A stretch of DNA of 64,000 bases from the NCBI GenBank assembly GCA_963667015.2, contig CAXXJJ010000001.1, positions 1,408,001-1,472,000 of the forward strand. Direction: 5' to 3'. The position numbers and the translations under genes are program-made. Shown piece by piece: positions 28,861 through 39,092 of the stretch. This DNA is from Desulfatiglandales bacterium. Its GTDB lineage: Bacteria > Desulfobacterota > DSM-4660 > Desulfatiglandales > HGW-15. The notes beneath the pieces are model-generated. The model saw only the letters and a list, made by a program, of their open reading frames with translations. It did not search any database and was not told the origin of the DNA. Within the stretch, counting starts at the first letter, position 1; every line of letters starts with the position of its first letter.

Positions 28861-29802
28861 ATGATTTATAACGATTTTAATGAATTAATAGAAAAGAATA
28901 TACGCGGCGCTTCTAAAAAGAATGTTGCTGTTATATGTGCCGAAGAAGCGCACACCCTGGAGGCAGTCATGTCTGCCGGGAAGGATGGAATTGCTCATCC
29001 TATACTGATCGGTAACCGGGAAAAAATAGAGGGTGAACTGGCTAAGATTAAAGATCATTGTGAATACACAATTATTCATGCGGCGGATACTGCCAGAGCT
29101 CTGGAGGCAACTGTCGATCTTGTTAAGGCGGGAGAGACCGATGCGATTATGAAAGGGCTTATTCAGACCTCGGATATGATGAATATGGTTGTCAATAAAG
29201 AGAGCGGACTCCGGACAGGCAATTTGATGTCTCACCTCCTGATCCTGAAGGTTCCGACATATCATAAGCTTCTGGCAATAACCGATGTTGCCATGGTTAC
29301 CTACCCGGACCTGGAACAAAAGAAAAAACTGCTGCTGAATGCAACCGGTACCCTGAAAAGCATGGGGTTTACCGATATCAAGGCGGCGGTTCTGGCAGCA
29401 GTGGATCATGTAAATCCCAAGATGCCCGAATCGGTAGAAGCTGCCGAGCTTAAAAAACTCGGCGAGGCCGGTGAAATACCGGACTGTATCGTTGAAGGCC
29501 CCATTCCCTATGACCTGGCAATAGATAAAGAATCTTCCCTGATTAAAGGATATACAAGTCCTGTGGCAGGAGACCCGGATATTCTCCTCTGCCCCAATAT
29601 TACCGCAGGAAACATCCTGGCAAAGAGCCTGGTATTCTCAGCAAAATCGGTTGCAGGCGCAATTATTGTAGGGGCAAAGGTACCGATCATTTTAACTTCC
29701 AGGGCCTCAAGCTCGGAGGAGAAATACCACTCCATAGTGCTGGCCTCATCGGTCAATAAAACGGATCAGGGAAAATCCCCGATAGATGGAAAGGGTGTTT
29801 AA
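28861..29802 (+). CDS. ptb: Phosphate butyryltransferase
   Basis: IMKGLIQT, ITDVAM..YPDLEQK, VEGPIPYDLA, PIILTSRA; adjacent to buk. Confidence 0.92.
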   Translation: MIYNDFNELIEKNIRGASKKNVAVICAEEAHTLEAVMSAGKDGIAHPILIGNREKIEGELAKIKDHCEYTIIHAADTARALEATVDLVKAGETDAIMKGLIQTSDMMNMVVNKESGLRTGNLMSHLLILKVPTYHKLLAITDVAMVTYPDLEQKKKLLLNATGTLKSMGFTDIKAAVLAAVDHVNPKMPESVEAAELKKLGEAGEIPDCIVEGPIPYDLAIDKESSLIKGYTSPVAGDPDILLCPNITAGNILAKSLVFSAKSVAGAIIVGAKVPIILTSRASSSEEKYHSIVLASSVNKTDQGKSPIDGKGV

Positions 29803-30935
29803 TGATGCCGGAAAAAGTACGAATACTTGCCATAAACCCGGGTTCCACATCCACCAAGATTGCGGTTTTTGATGATGAGGAAAAGATCTACCACCTTGAT
29901 ATTACACATGATACAGAGAAATTGAGTGAGTTTAAGGTCTTAAGCGATCAATTTGATTATCGGAAGGATATGATCATCGATGCTGTCGCAGCGGAAGGAT
30001 TCGATTTTAAGGACTTTACCGCCTTTGTGGGCAGGGGAGGGGGATTTAACCCGTGTTCCGGGGGGACATATGCGGTAAACGAGCTTATGCTCGAACACTC
30101 CGGATCACGACCATTTCATGCCGCAACCCTGGGGCCTATACTCGCCAATAACTTTGCAGCGACATACGATAAGCCGGCCTTTGTGGTCAACCCTCCTGAT
30201 GTTGATGAACTGGAACCCATTGCCCGTGTGAGCGGGATCGCCGCTTTACCCCGCAGCTGCAGTTTTCACGCCCTGAGCCATAAGGAAGTGGGTCTTCGGG
30301 CAGCGGAAAAAATGGGTAAATCCTACAGGGATGTCAATCTTGTAATTGCCCACATCGGGGGAGGGACATCGGTTGCTGCCCATAAAAAGGGAAGGGTTGT
30401 TGACGCAGATAATCTTATATTCGGTGAGGCCCCTATGGCGCCTACCCGGGCCGGGGTAGTCCCGCCCGGTAAACTTGTCAGCCTCTGCTTTTCCGGTGAA
30501 TACAGTGAAAAAGAGATTAAAGATCTGTTTATAAAGAACGGCGGAATGGTCAATCACCTCGGAACCAGCGAGGTCCTGAAAGTAAAGGAACAAATTGAAC
30601 AGGGTGACAGATATGCAAAGCTTATCTATGATGCCATGATATATCAGGTCGCAAAAAGTATTGGTGCCTATGCTGCGGTACTTCATGGTGAAGTGGATGC
30701 GATTGTCCTTACCGGGGGGATCAGTCGGGATGGATACCTTATTAAAACTCTCACAAATATGGTGGAGTTTATTGCACCTGTAGATGTTTATCCCGGGGAA
30801 CTGGAAATGGAGGCCCTTGCATCCGGTGCTTTAAGAGTGATTAGGGGAGAGGAAAAACCGCTGGAATATACTGGAGAGCCGGTGTGGGAAGGGTTTGACA
30901 GTTATAAAAAAAATCACAGATCTTCAGGAGTGTAA
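29802..30935 (+). CDS. buk: Butyrate kinase
   Basis: INPGSTSTKIA, GRGG, AHIGGGTSVAAH, LTGG, YPGELEMEALA. Confidence 0.95.
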   Translation: MMPEKVRILAINPGSTSTKIAVFDDEEKIYHLDITHDTEKLSEFKVLSDQFDYRKDMIIDAVAAEGFDFKDFTAFVGRGGGFNPCSGGTYAVNELMLEHSGSRPFHAATLGPILANNFAATYDKPAFVVNPPDVDELEPIARVSGIAALPRSCSFHALSHKEVGLRAAEKMGKSYRDVNLVIAHIGGGTSVAAHKKGRVVDADNLIFGEAPMAPTRAGVVPPGKLVSLCFSGEYSEKEIKDLFIKNGGMVNHLGTSEVLKVKEQIEQGDRYAKLIYDAMIYQVAKSIGAYAAVLHGEVDAIVLTGGISRDGYLIKTLTNMVEFIAPVDVYPGELEMEALASGALRVIRGEEKPLEYTGEPVWEGFDSYKKNHRSSGV

Positions 30936-30936
30936 A

Positions 30937-31374
30937 ATGACAATAAAGGAAGAGCAGTTAATGGGATGTCCTGCATGCGGACATAATCAGACTGCAGAAT
31001 TTTATCAGGCTATCAATGTAAAACTTAACCCTGAATTAAAGGAAAGATTTTTCAGGGGAGAGCTGAACATGTTTGTATGCGAGAAATGCGGTAAAAAGGC
31101 TGTTGTTGATCTTGTGTTCCTTTATCACGATATGGATAAGCGGTTTTGTGTCCAATACTGCCCTTTTGATCTTGTCGCCGGTCAGAGTGAAAAATTGTCC
31201 GAGATGTATTCCGTTGACGGAAAACTTAATGTCCCTGCAAATATTCAATTGCCTGAGGCCGCCCAATATATGTATGAACCCCATATTGTTCTCAGCCTGG
31301 ATGAGATGATAAGGTATGTGCAGTTCCGTGATGCCCTCTATGAAAAGGTATCTGAAAAGCAAAGCTGGCATTAA
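30937..31374 (+). CDS. CpXC-domain protein
   Basis: CPACGH...INVKLNPELKE...FVCEKCG...FLYHD; start taken at MTIKEE. Confidence 0.85.
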   Translation: MTIKEEQLMGCPACGHNQTAEFYQAINVKLNPELKERFFRGELNMFVCEKCGKKAVVDLVFLYHDMDKRFCVQYCPFDLVAGQSEKLSEMYSVDGKLNVPANIQLPEAAQYMYEPHIVLSLDEMIRYVQFRDALYEKVSEKQSWH

Positions 31375-32099
31375 TTCTGTTCAAGTTTGAAATTCAGGGT
31401 TGTCTCAGCCAGGATGTTAACGGGTTCTCCACCCACTGTGCCGGGCAAAAAACGCCAATCGGAAATACAATTGATAACGCTCTGATCAAAAATACCGGGT
31501 GGATCTGATTCTATAATGGTTACTTCATTCACTGTGCCATGGACATTGACCACAAATTGTGTCCTTACATATCCCTGAATCCTCTTCTGTTTGGCACGTA
31601 TGGGGTAAATAGGAGGCATTCGTTTAAGTGTTATTAATGGCTGATCCAGATCTCCTGTTTTAAAGACATCGGGGACTTCAAAATTACCCATAGCTGCCCG
31701 GGCAATAGAAGAGATATCAATGGTGAACGGATTTGCAACCGGCTCGGGATTATCCTCAAATGCCAGACTTAATCGGGGTTTTGGCATTTTATATGACTTT
31801 GACAGGGGTACCATGCGGATTTTTTTAGGCAGCAGTAATTTTGGCTCAGGTTCTTCAGGTTTAACCGGTATATCAGGCGGTAGGTCTATGATCTTTGCCT
31901 GTACTACCCGCTTTTTCTTAACAGGATGTTTCCCGATCGGTTCCCGAAGGAAAGGCATGAGAGAAATTAATAAAAATGTCACACATACGGCTGCAAAGCC
32001 GGACACAAACCATGAACTTTGTATGACATGATACAGCGGATTCGGCCGGATAGCATTATGACCAGAAAGGTCCTTTTTCTCTCGCCTGTGATTTATCAT
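31371..32099 (-). CDS. tonB: Energy transducer TonB
   Basis: One N-terminal TM, Pro-rich linker, PIYPIRAK..IQGYV..FVV...WRFLPG. Start uncertain (32099 or 32153). Confidence 0.88.
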   Translation of the reverse strand: MINHRREKKDLSGHNAIRPNPLYHVIQSSWFVSGFAAVCVTFLLISLMPFLREPIGKHPVKKKRVVQAKIIDLPPDIPVKPEEPEPKLLLPKKIRMVPLSKSYKMPKPRLSLAFEDNPEPVANPFTIDISSIARAAMGNFEVPDVFKTGDLDQPLITLKRMPPIYPIRAKQKRIQGYVRTQFVVNVHGTVNEVTIIESDPPGIFDQSVINCISDWRFLPGTVGGEPVNILAETTLNFKLEQN

Positions 32100-32116
32100 A
32101 TTTATGTTACGCTTCC

Positions 32117-32689
32117 TCAGACAGCAACATAGTAAATTTTCTTTTGCCAGCACGGTCTGCAGAGGGTTTCTCCATTCTCCTTGATATCACGGGCGTCCAT
32201 GATGCTCTCACCACAGGAGTCGCATGTGACCCTGCGCAGGGGCCGGCCCGGCATGTCTTCAGGGTTCAGGGGGACTTCAACATCTGCCACAAAAAAGAGC
32301 TCTTCTTCTGGCATCTTTGAGAAGTCAGGCATTTCGCCTTTTTCAGTTCCCTGCTGTTTTCTTCGTCCCTTTGTTGAAACCCTTGCGGCCTTACCTGTTT
32401 CAAGATTCAGGAATGTAGCCGCCATCTTTCCATAATCATATACCTTCATTGTTCGCTTACCGGGCCTGCATCCTGTAAGGGCAGTAATGGCGTCGGCGCA
32501 GCATCGGTCGATTTCTACAAAAACCATCAGTTTTTTCCGGTCTGCGTTTTTAGGGTCCGTGATTCCGATTCTTTCAAGCCCTATCATTGTCATTCTCGTG
32601 CCCAGTACAATCCCTGCACAGACGCCGCCGTGAAAATTTCTGGCTTCCTCAATACATGTTTCATATTCGGCAAAATATTTTTTACCCAT
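32117..32689 (-). CDS. FmdE-family protein with C-terminal zinc finger
   Basis: FHGGVCAGIVLG, EIDRCCADAI, GCRPGKR, CDSCGE...CRPC. Confidence 0.9.
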   Translation of the reverse strand: MGKKYFAEYETCIEEARNFHGGVCAGIVLGTRMTMIGLERIGITDPKNADRKKLMVFVEIDRCCADAITALTGCRPGKRTMKVYDYGKMAATFLNLETGKAARVSTKGRRKQQGTEKGEMPDFSKMPEEELFFVADVEVPLNPEDMPGRPLRRVTCDSCGESIMDARDIKENGETLCRPCWQKKIYYVAV

Positions 32690-32703
32690 AGTACCTCCGG
32701 TTC

Positions 32704-33669
32704 TTAAAATGTATCTCCCAATCCCAGGTATCTCATGCGATCGGTGTTAATGATGTTAATTTTTCTGACACAACTACCGAAAAGCCGGTATCCTCCTCCG
32801 CCTTCGGCGAGTATTTCCATGGCAAGGTCACTGTCAGTAACCGCTACTGTACCTACCATTGCCACATTTCGCCTGAAGAGAGGTTCTGGTATAAACCCTG
32901 CGGTGGGTCCTACTACTGCTATAGCTGTATCCGAAGGTACGAACCCGATAAGCTCCTGGATCGACCCGTTTGCAATGGCAGCACCTGTGAATACAGCTGT
33001 TTCGCAGTTTGCCAGACTTTCTGCAGTATATCTTGGTGAGACAAATCTCCCGTAGCCGGCCTCTGCCTCGGCCTGGGTTGCCTCTTTACGGTCTATTATT
33101 GTTACCTCTGCGGGTTCCAGCTCCTTTAAGCGCTTCAGGAGCGGGATAATTGCTCCTACCATGCATACTCTACGATTTGTAAATAGTGCCTTTGTATCGG
33201 AAAGGTCACTGTCATTATGTATGCTGTAGTGTCCGTCCTCAAAAAAGGGCACAGACAGGGCATTAAGGGTTGCAAGTCTGATTATCCCTGAAAATGGACC
33301 AGGTGCGCCTCCGCTTGCCACTTCCAGGGCGGACATACCTCGTATGAGCGGCGTGTTTTCCTTTAATATTCTTCTCCCGGCGTTTTTAATGATCTCGGGA
33401 GGTGAGTAGGCAACCCCGCCATATCCGTTGGAAAGCTTTACCCCCACAAAAAACACTCCCACAACCAGACGTCCTATCACCAGGTTTTCGATTTCTTTTT
33501 CATAGTATTTTTTAAGGGTTTCTGTGGCTTCATTAAGGATATGCACGGAGCTTCCTGCATAAATATAGTTTTCCTCATTATTTTCAACTGCTGAGAGTCC
33601 CTTTTTCCCGGCAGATTCACTGTCAGACACCACTTTAGAGTCTGTTCCTATTTCCACATCTGTATCCAT
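32704..33669 (-). CDS. DUF364/DUF4213-like (putative heavy-metal chelation) protein
   Basis: VVGVFFVGVKL, LATLNALS, VCMVGAI.P, FTGAAIANGS, VVGPTA. Confidence 0.8.
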   Translation of the reverse strand: MDTDVEIGTDSKVVSDSESAGKKGLSAVENNEENYIYAGSSVHILNEATETLKKYYEKEIENLVIGRLVVGVFFVGVKLSNGYGGVAYSPPEIIKNAGRRILKENTPLIRGMSALEVASGGAPGPFSGIIRLATLNALSVPFFEDGHYSIHNDSDLSDTKALFTNRRVCMVGAIIPLLKRLKELEPAEVTIIDRKEATQAEAEAGYGRFVSPRYTAESLANCETAVFTGAAIANGSIQELIGFVPSDTAIAVVGPTAGFIPEPLFRRNVAMVGTVAVTDSDLAMEILAEGGGGYRLFGSCVRKINIINTDRMRYLGLGDTF

Positions 33670-34289
33670 GAACCGTCTTCACCCCTGTCTAATGCAAAAT
33701 TTGAAATGTTTATTCTGTCCTGTATCCTGTCATAATCGCAGTTCATCCCGTTTCTGCGACGTGGGTTTTTGTTCCATTCATGGGGTTTTTCTCCCATATC
33801 CTTTCTCTTTGCCTCAACCTGCTTCCGTACCTCCGGCGTGCCCCGCCCGGTGCCCACATATACCTTTCCCCCGGGAATCAGAATTCTGTACATCTCTCCA
33901 AGCGCTGTGAGGGGATCGTTCCAGAAGGGTATTGAACCGCGGCTTATTACAAGATCAACTGATTCATTTGCCAGAGGTATATTGTGGACATCGGCATGGA
34001 GTGTTTTTGCTCTTCCCTGAAGGCCGGCATTTTTGATATTTTGCTCGGCTCTCTCAAGCATCTTTTCTGACAGATCTAAAAATATAAGATCAAGATCAGT
34101 AATGCCGGCAAGGGCCATACCAAGATAGCCACCGCCCGATCCGGCGTCTACACAGATTCCCCTGGTAATCCCGGTCTTTTCCTTTATTTTGTTTGCATAA
34201 TATGCGTACATGGGGCTGTCCATGCTAAGAGCCCTCCTGTCGTAATTCATTACATTCATTTTTTTATGATTTTCTTCCTTCAACTCCAT
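33648..34289 (-). CDS. Class I SAM-dependent methyltransferase
   Basis: VDAGSGGG, DLVISRGS..FW, YRILIPGG. Confidence 0.9.
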   Translation of the reverse strand: MELKEENHKKMNVMNYDRRALSMDSPMYAYYANKIKEKTGITRGICVDAGSGGGYLGMALAGITDLDLIFLDLSEKMLERAEQNIKNAGLQGRAKTLHADVHNIPLANESVDLVISRGSIPFWNDPLTALGEMYRILIPGGKVYVGTGRGTPEVRKQVEAKRKDMGEKPHEWNKNPRRRNGMNCDYDRIQDRINISNFALDRGEDGSWIQMWK

Positions 34290-34315
34290 CCTCCATGGCC
34301 GTAATCCGGTGTTTT

Positions 34316-35218
34316 TTATTTTATATTCCAGGCCATCATTCCTGAATATCCGCTGTGCCTGGCCCTGTACTTTCCTTCCTTTGCAGAGGATTTGTAGTAT
34401 TCACGAATTTTTCGTTTAACTGTCGCAGTACATGGTTCAAAACGTTCAAGGGATCTGATTGTATGGTCTGCAGCCTCTTCCCAGTCCATGGATATATTTT
34501 TCTTATTCTGGATTACTTTTACAACAGGACGGTATCCAAGCAGGTACAGGTAAACGAATGCGTTGATAAACAGCGAACCCTTTTTTGACGTGTTTTTGGG
34601 ACCGGGTTTCTTAAGTATATTCCGAACAATTTCATCATCGATCATGGAGCCGTATCCATGATTCTGAATAAAAAAACTGTAGAATCCGAAACCCTTTGAA
34701 CATGCGATCATACGTTCAAGACATTCGGCATCCTTTACCGCAGGTGTGCTGGTCACAAAAACAAGATCAAACTTTTTCCGGAGACCGAGCTTATCGATAT
34801 CTGCCGTCCACCATGAAGCGGTGATGGTTTCAACATCAAGCCCCTTTTTGTCTGCATATATCTTTAACCTCTCAAGCGCTGTTGAAGAGATGTCCAGTGC
34901 AGTAACCTTTGCCCCGGCCTCTGCTAATGGAATACATGTTGCCCCGGGTCCGGAACCGATATCAAGTATACTGGAACCCTTTATTTTAAATCCTGCTTCA
35001 TCAAGTATCTCGAATATTTCCTTCATCCGCTTCTTTTTTCGGCCGGGTTTAAGATTTTTACCTATACCCCGATCAGTGCGGCCCCATTGGGTATTCCAGA
35101 ATTCCGCCTGTTCCATGTCCGATTTGTTGTCAAAAAATCCCTTTGAAGATTTCCAGAAATCCACCCAGTTTTTTATGTTTTTATCTGTATGTGTTTTTTT
35201 CATGCTATTGATCCTCAA
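34316..35218 (-). CDS. Class I SAM-dependent methyltransferase
   Basis: ILDIGSGPG, VTALDIS, FDLVF. Confidence 0.9.
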   Translation of the reverse strand: MRINSMKKTHTDKNIKNWVDFWKSSKGFFDNKSDMEQAEFWNTQWGRTDRGIGKNLKPGRKKKRMKEIFEILDEAGFKIKGSSILDIGSGPGATCIPLAEAGAKVTALDISSTALERLKIYADKKGLDVETITASWWTADIDKLGLRKKFDLVFVTSTPAVKDAECLERMIACSKGFGFYSFFIQNHGYGSMIDDEIVRNILKKPGPKNTSKKGSLFINAFVYLYLLGYRPVVKVIQNKKNISMDWEEAADHTIRSLERFEPCTATVKRKIREYYKSSAKEGKYRARHSGYSGMMAWNIK

Positions 35219-36306
35219 TTTTTTAGTAGTGATGTAAGTTCTTCATCAGTAAGGTTGTAATGGTAGAATATGGAATAAAACCGCTTTGCCTTTTTTCTGA
35301 ACCAGTTTTCCGGAAAAATCTCCGGATAAAGTATATGCGCTGTCCATGGAATACCTACAATCCTGTTTACTCCGGGAGGACGGTCAAACCAGTTAAATGG
35401 CTTGGTAGGAGTAAGATGGATATTTCTTTTTTTCACTGCCGGGACAAGTTTCCAGCTTTCATCTTTATAAATCTGATTGATGAATTCCCTGCTTGTGGTG
35501 ATAATGACATCGGGTTTCCACATTAATACCGATTCCATTGTTACTTCGGTCATTCCTGAAACTGTTGAACTGGTGCATGTGGCAACATTGTTGCCTCCGC
35601 ATACATCAATAAGCTGGGAATGGGGAGACCCGGCCGGGTCTGTTGAAAGCCCGTTGTTTCCTTCGGCATAATAGATCCTGGTCCTTTTTTCCTGCGGGAT
35701 GTTTTTAACCCTGTCCTGAACCTCTTTAAGTACACCCAGGTAATATTCGTTAAGTATTTTTGCCCGGTCAGGGACACCGAGAATTTCTCCCATGAATGTT
35801 ATGGTATTTGCATAACCAAGGGTATTTCTGCTGTTTTCTATGCATACTACGGGTATCTTCCCGAATTTTTCCTGCACTGTGTCTGCCCGTGAAGGATCCA
35901 GTTCCACCTCCACTCCTATAAAAACAATGTCGGGCTTTGCTGCAATATATGACTCGTAATTTATTTTGCCTCTTCCCCATGCAAAAGTGGGGATGTTGTG
36001 GTATTCCTTTGGTAGAATATTACTTGCATCCCTTGAAGGCGCAGCCACCCAGCCGCCCAGCTTTTCAGGGGCCAGCATGTAAATAAATGTCGTAGGGGGG
36101 GGAGAAGTGCTGAGGACCTTTGAGATCTTTACCGGGATCTTGACCTTTCTTCCGGCCATGTCTGTAATTACCCTGTATTGCGAGTCATTGGCAGTTTCAG
36201 ATAAAGTGTTGCCCTCCATACCATGCGCTGAAATTGCAGATGCAAAGAATGCAAAACTAAATATGATATGCCTTATAATATAATTGACCGTGTTTTTTGT
36301 TTTCAT
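35215..36306 (-). CDS. ABC substrate-binding protein, iron-siderophore/cobalamin (TroA-like) class
   Basis: Signal peptide; ITDMAGRKVKIP, WKPDVII, PFNWFDRPPGVNR. Confidence 0.92.
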   Translation of the reverse strand: MKTKNTVNYIIRHIIFSFAFFASAISAHGMEGNTLSETANDSQYRVITDMAGRKVKIPVKISKVLSTSPPPTTFIYMLAPEKLGGWVAAPSRDASNILPKEYHNIPTFAWGRGKINYESYIAAKPDIVFIGVEVELDPSRADTVQEKFGKIPVVCIENSRNTLGYANTITFMGEILGVPDRAKILNEYYLGVLKEVQDRVKNIPQEKRTRIYYAEGNNGLSTDPAGSPHSQLIDVCGGNNVATCTSSTVSGMTEVTMESVLMWKPDVIITTSREFINQIYKDESWKLVPAVKKRNIHLTPTKPFNWFDRPPGVNRIVGIPWTAHILYPEIFPENWFRKKAKRFYSIFYHYNLTDEELTSLLKN

Positions 36307-36342
36307 TAAATTACCTCTTAAAGTGAATCAAACCTGAATACA

Positions 36343-37134
36343 TCATATCCTGGCAACTATTCGTGTCATGGGAATGACAAAGGGGATATCCTCTGTAACC
36401 CTTATGCTGGCTCTTATTCCATAGACCGTTTCAAGGTTCTTTCCTGTCATTACGTCGTTTGGAGCTCCGCTGGCAATGATCCTGCCTTTTTTCATCATCA
36501 TGATTTTATCAGAGTACCGGGCAGCCATATTAAGGTCATGTATGGCAATAAGGGCGGTAAGGTCCTGCTTTTTTACCAGTGAACGCAGGATCTCCATGAC
36601 ATCGATCTGGTGCCACACATCAAGATTGCTTGTGGGTTCGTCAAGGAGTATCAGCCCTGTTTCCTGTGCCAGCGCCCTTGCAATAAGCACCTTCTGCTGC
36701 TGCCCACCTGACAGCTCGGTAAAATAGCTCATTCCCAGCTCTTCTATGCCTAGGAGCCTCAAGACCTCCCATACCTTTTCCTCATCTCTGCGGTCGCCCT
36801 TCCATGAAAGATAGGGTCTTCTTCCCATGAGGACCACATCAAATACCGTATTCGGAAATACCCTCACCGAACTCTGCGGTACATAGGCGATCTTTTTTGC
36901 TATCTCGATCCTACTCATCTTCCCGATATCACATCGGTCGACCGTCACATCTCCTGAGGAGGGGGCAATGATGTTGTCTATACATTTGATAAGTGTGGAT
37001 TTGCCTGATCCGTTAGGGCCGACAATGCTGACCATCTGGCCGTCACTCACGTTCATGAAAAAATCCTTCAGGATGCGTGTGTTGTGATATCCGAAATTAA
37101 GATTTTTTATTGAGAGCTTGTTTATCATGACCAA
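36343..37134 (-). CDS. ABC ATPase, FecE/BtuD-like
   Basis: GPNGSGKST, LSGGQQQ, LLDEPT, IHDLN. Confidence 0.95.
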   Translation of the reverse strand: MVMINKLSIKNLNFGYHNTRILKDFFMNVSDGQMVSIVGPNGSGKSTLIKCIDNIIAPSSGDVTVDRCDIGKMSRIEIAKKIAYVPQSSVRVFPNTVFDVVLMGRRPYLSWKGDRRDEEKVWEVLRLLGIEELGMSYFTELSGGQQQKVLIARALAQETGLILLDEPTSNLDVWHQIDVMEILRSLVKKQDLTALIAIHDLNMAARYSDKIMMMKKGRIIASGAPNDVMTGKNLETVYGIRASIRVTEDIPFVIPMTRIVARI

Positions 37135-38252
37135 AACTCCTTGCGTTTTCCCTTGAGAATCAGGAATAAAAAAAGAGGGACGCCTATCATGGACATAATG
37201 ATTCCGGGCGGAATAACGACGGGATCAAGTATGTTCATTGAAACGGCATTTGCAATAAGAAGTATTGCAGCGCCTATTCCGCCGCTTGCAGGTATCAGGT
37301 AGCGGTGGTCGTTGCCCAGGATTAACCGCCCTATATGCGGGGCAATAAGGCCGACAAACCCGATAACCCCCACAAAGGCTACTATGGCTGCTACCAGAAG
37401 GCTTGCCACGGCCATTATTAGGATACGTACAAAACCTGCATTAACTCCCATGCTCTTTGCACTCTCATCTCCAGCTGTCATAAGATTCAGGTCCCATGCC
37501 CTGCTGAAGATAAGAGGTACGCATATTAATGATATTACACCCAGAAAACAGATCCCGTTCCAGTTTATATCCGAAAGGGAACCCATTCCCCAGGTGGACA
37601 TCACGCTCCGCTGTTCATCGTCAGCTATATAGTTAAAAAACTGGTTTGTTGCCTGGAACAGGTAGTTTACTGCGATTCCGGCAAGTATCATGGTTTCCGA
37701 GGTTGCGCCTCGAAATGCCGAAAGGGAGATTATGAATCCGGAGCAGAGCAGGGCGCACAGGAATGCATTCCCTACCATAAAGTAGGGTCCGTCCAGGACG
37801 GTGATTCCGAGCACGGCTGCAACCGATACGCCGAAATGAGCGCCTGATGATATCCCGAGGGTAAAGGGGCTTGCCATAGGATTTTTTAAAACCCCCTGCA
37901 TCACACACCCGCAGATGCCCAGGCCTGCACCGGCAATTATTGCGCCCAGAATAAGCGGGAGACGTATTTTAAGTATGACGTGGGTTATGATGTCATCTAT
38001 GTCAAAAAGACCTGGAATACAATAGTTTAACAGGGTACCGTATACCTCGGAGAGCTTCATAGGTACCTGTCCCAGCGTGATTATGGTACCGGCGGAGATG
38101 ATAAGAAGCAGCGTAAGGCCAATGAGGAAAAGAAATTTTTTCCATACGGAGAATGAGTGCTCCTTTCGAACCCTGCTGAGTTTTCCCCGCCTCGTCTTTT
38201 TTGCATTCCCATATAATGAGTGAAGAGTAAAATACCTGTTCACATTCTTCAC
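37125..38252 (-). CDS. ABC permease, FecCD/BtuC family
   Basis: IRLP, NPMASPFTLGISSGA, GDESAKSMG, IGFVGLIAPH. Confidence 0.95.
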   Translation of the reverse strand: MKNVNRYFTLHSLYGNAKKTRRGKLSRVRKEHSFSVWKKFLFLIGLTLLLIISAGTIITLGQVPMKLSEVYGTLLNYCIPGLFDIDDIITHVILKIRLPLILGAIIAGAGLGICGCVMQGVLKNPMASPFTLGISSGAHFGVSVAAVLGITVLDGPYFMVGNAFLCALLCSGFIISLSAFRGATSETMILAGIAVNYLFQATNQFFNYIADDEQRSVMSTWGMGSLSDINWNGICFLGVISLICVPLIFSRAWDLNLMTAGDESAKSMGVNAGFVRILIMAVASLLVAAIVAFVGVIGFVGLIAPHIGRLILGNDHRYLIPASGGIGAAILLIANAVSMNILDPVVIPPGIIMSMIGVPLFLFLILKGKRKEFWS

Positions 38253-39007
38253 CTGTCAAGGGCTTTTATCAGGCCTGCAGTTGTTCCTGTGTCATCAATT
38301 CTGTTGGTTACAACAATAAGATTTCTTTCCTTGGCAATCTCGGAAAGATTCTGGAATTCACGCAGCTTCAGGGCTGTCGGTGTCTTTTCATAAAGCTCTG
38401 CGGCTTCGGTCATACGCTTTGATGCCTGATATTCGCCGTCCGCTAAAATAATCCTTGCTCTTCTTTCCCTTTCCGCCTCTGCCTGACGTGCAATGGCCCG
38501 GAGCATATTTTCGGGCAGGGCAATATCCCGGATGGTGACCACATCGACAGTGATACCCCATGGATTAGTCATAATCTCGAGGGTTGCCTGAATTTTCTGG
38601 TTAAGTGCCTCCCTGTCAGAAAGGATCATGTCCAGGTCGTTCTGGCCCAACACATCCCTGAGCATTGTCTGGGCTATCAGGGCCGTTGCGCCTTCATAGT
38701 CTTCGACTTCTACAATGGCCTTTGTGGCCTCCTTGACATGGTAATAGATGACTGCATCAACATCGGCGCTGATATTGTCACGGGTTATAATGGTCTGTTT
38801 TGGAACATCGAGCTGCCTTATCCTGAGATCCACACGAACGATCTGATCCACAAAAGGGATTATTAAAAAGATACCCGGCCCCTTGATCCCTGCCAGTCTG
38901 CCGAATCTGAATATTACCGCACGATCGTATTGACGTGTAATTCTGACTGCTAACAGCACCAATATTAAAAAAAAAGTGACAATGAGGATTATCTGAAAAA
39001 AAGACAT
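38249..39007 (-). CDS. SPFH/stomatin-like (slipin) protein
   Basis: RAVIFRFGR, ITRDNI..VDAVIYY, ARQAEAERERRA. Confidence 0.93.
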   Translation of the reverse strand: MSFFQIILIVTFFLILVLLAVRITRQYDRAVIFRFGRLAGIKGPGIFLIIPFVDQIVRVDLRIRQLDVPKQTIITRDNISADVDAVIYYHVKEATKAIVEVEDYEGATALIAQTMLRDVLGQNDLDMILSDREALNQKIQATLEIMTNPWGITVDVVTIRDIALPENMLRAIARQAEAERERRARIILADGEYQASKRMTEAAELYEKTPTALKLREFQNLSEIAKERNLIVVTNRIDDTGTTAGLIKALDR

Positions 39008-39050
39008 TTATGGTTCCTTTACTTCTATGTTTTTTGTAGCTTTATTAACC

Positions 39051-39089
39051 GAATCTCCGGGGCATTCTTTTTTGATGCCCCGGAGATTC
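39051..39089 (-). other. Perfect 15-bp intra-operon stem-loop
   Basis: gaatctccggggcat-N9-atgccccggagattc directly after the receptor stop; no U-tract on the coding strand. Confidence 0.75.
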
Positions 39090-39092
39090 CTG

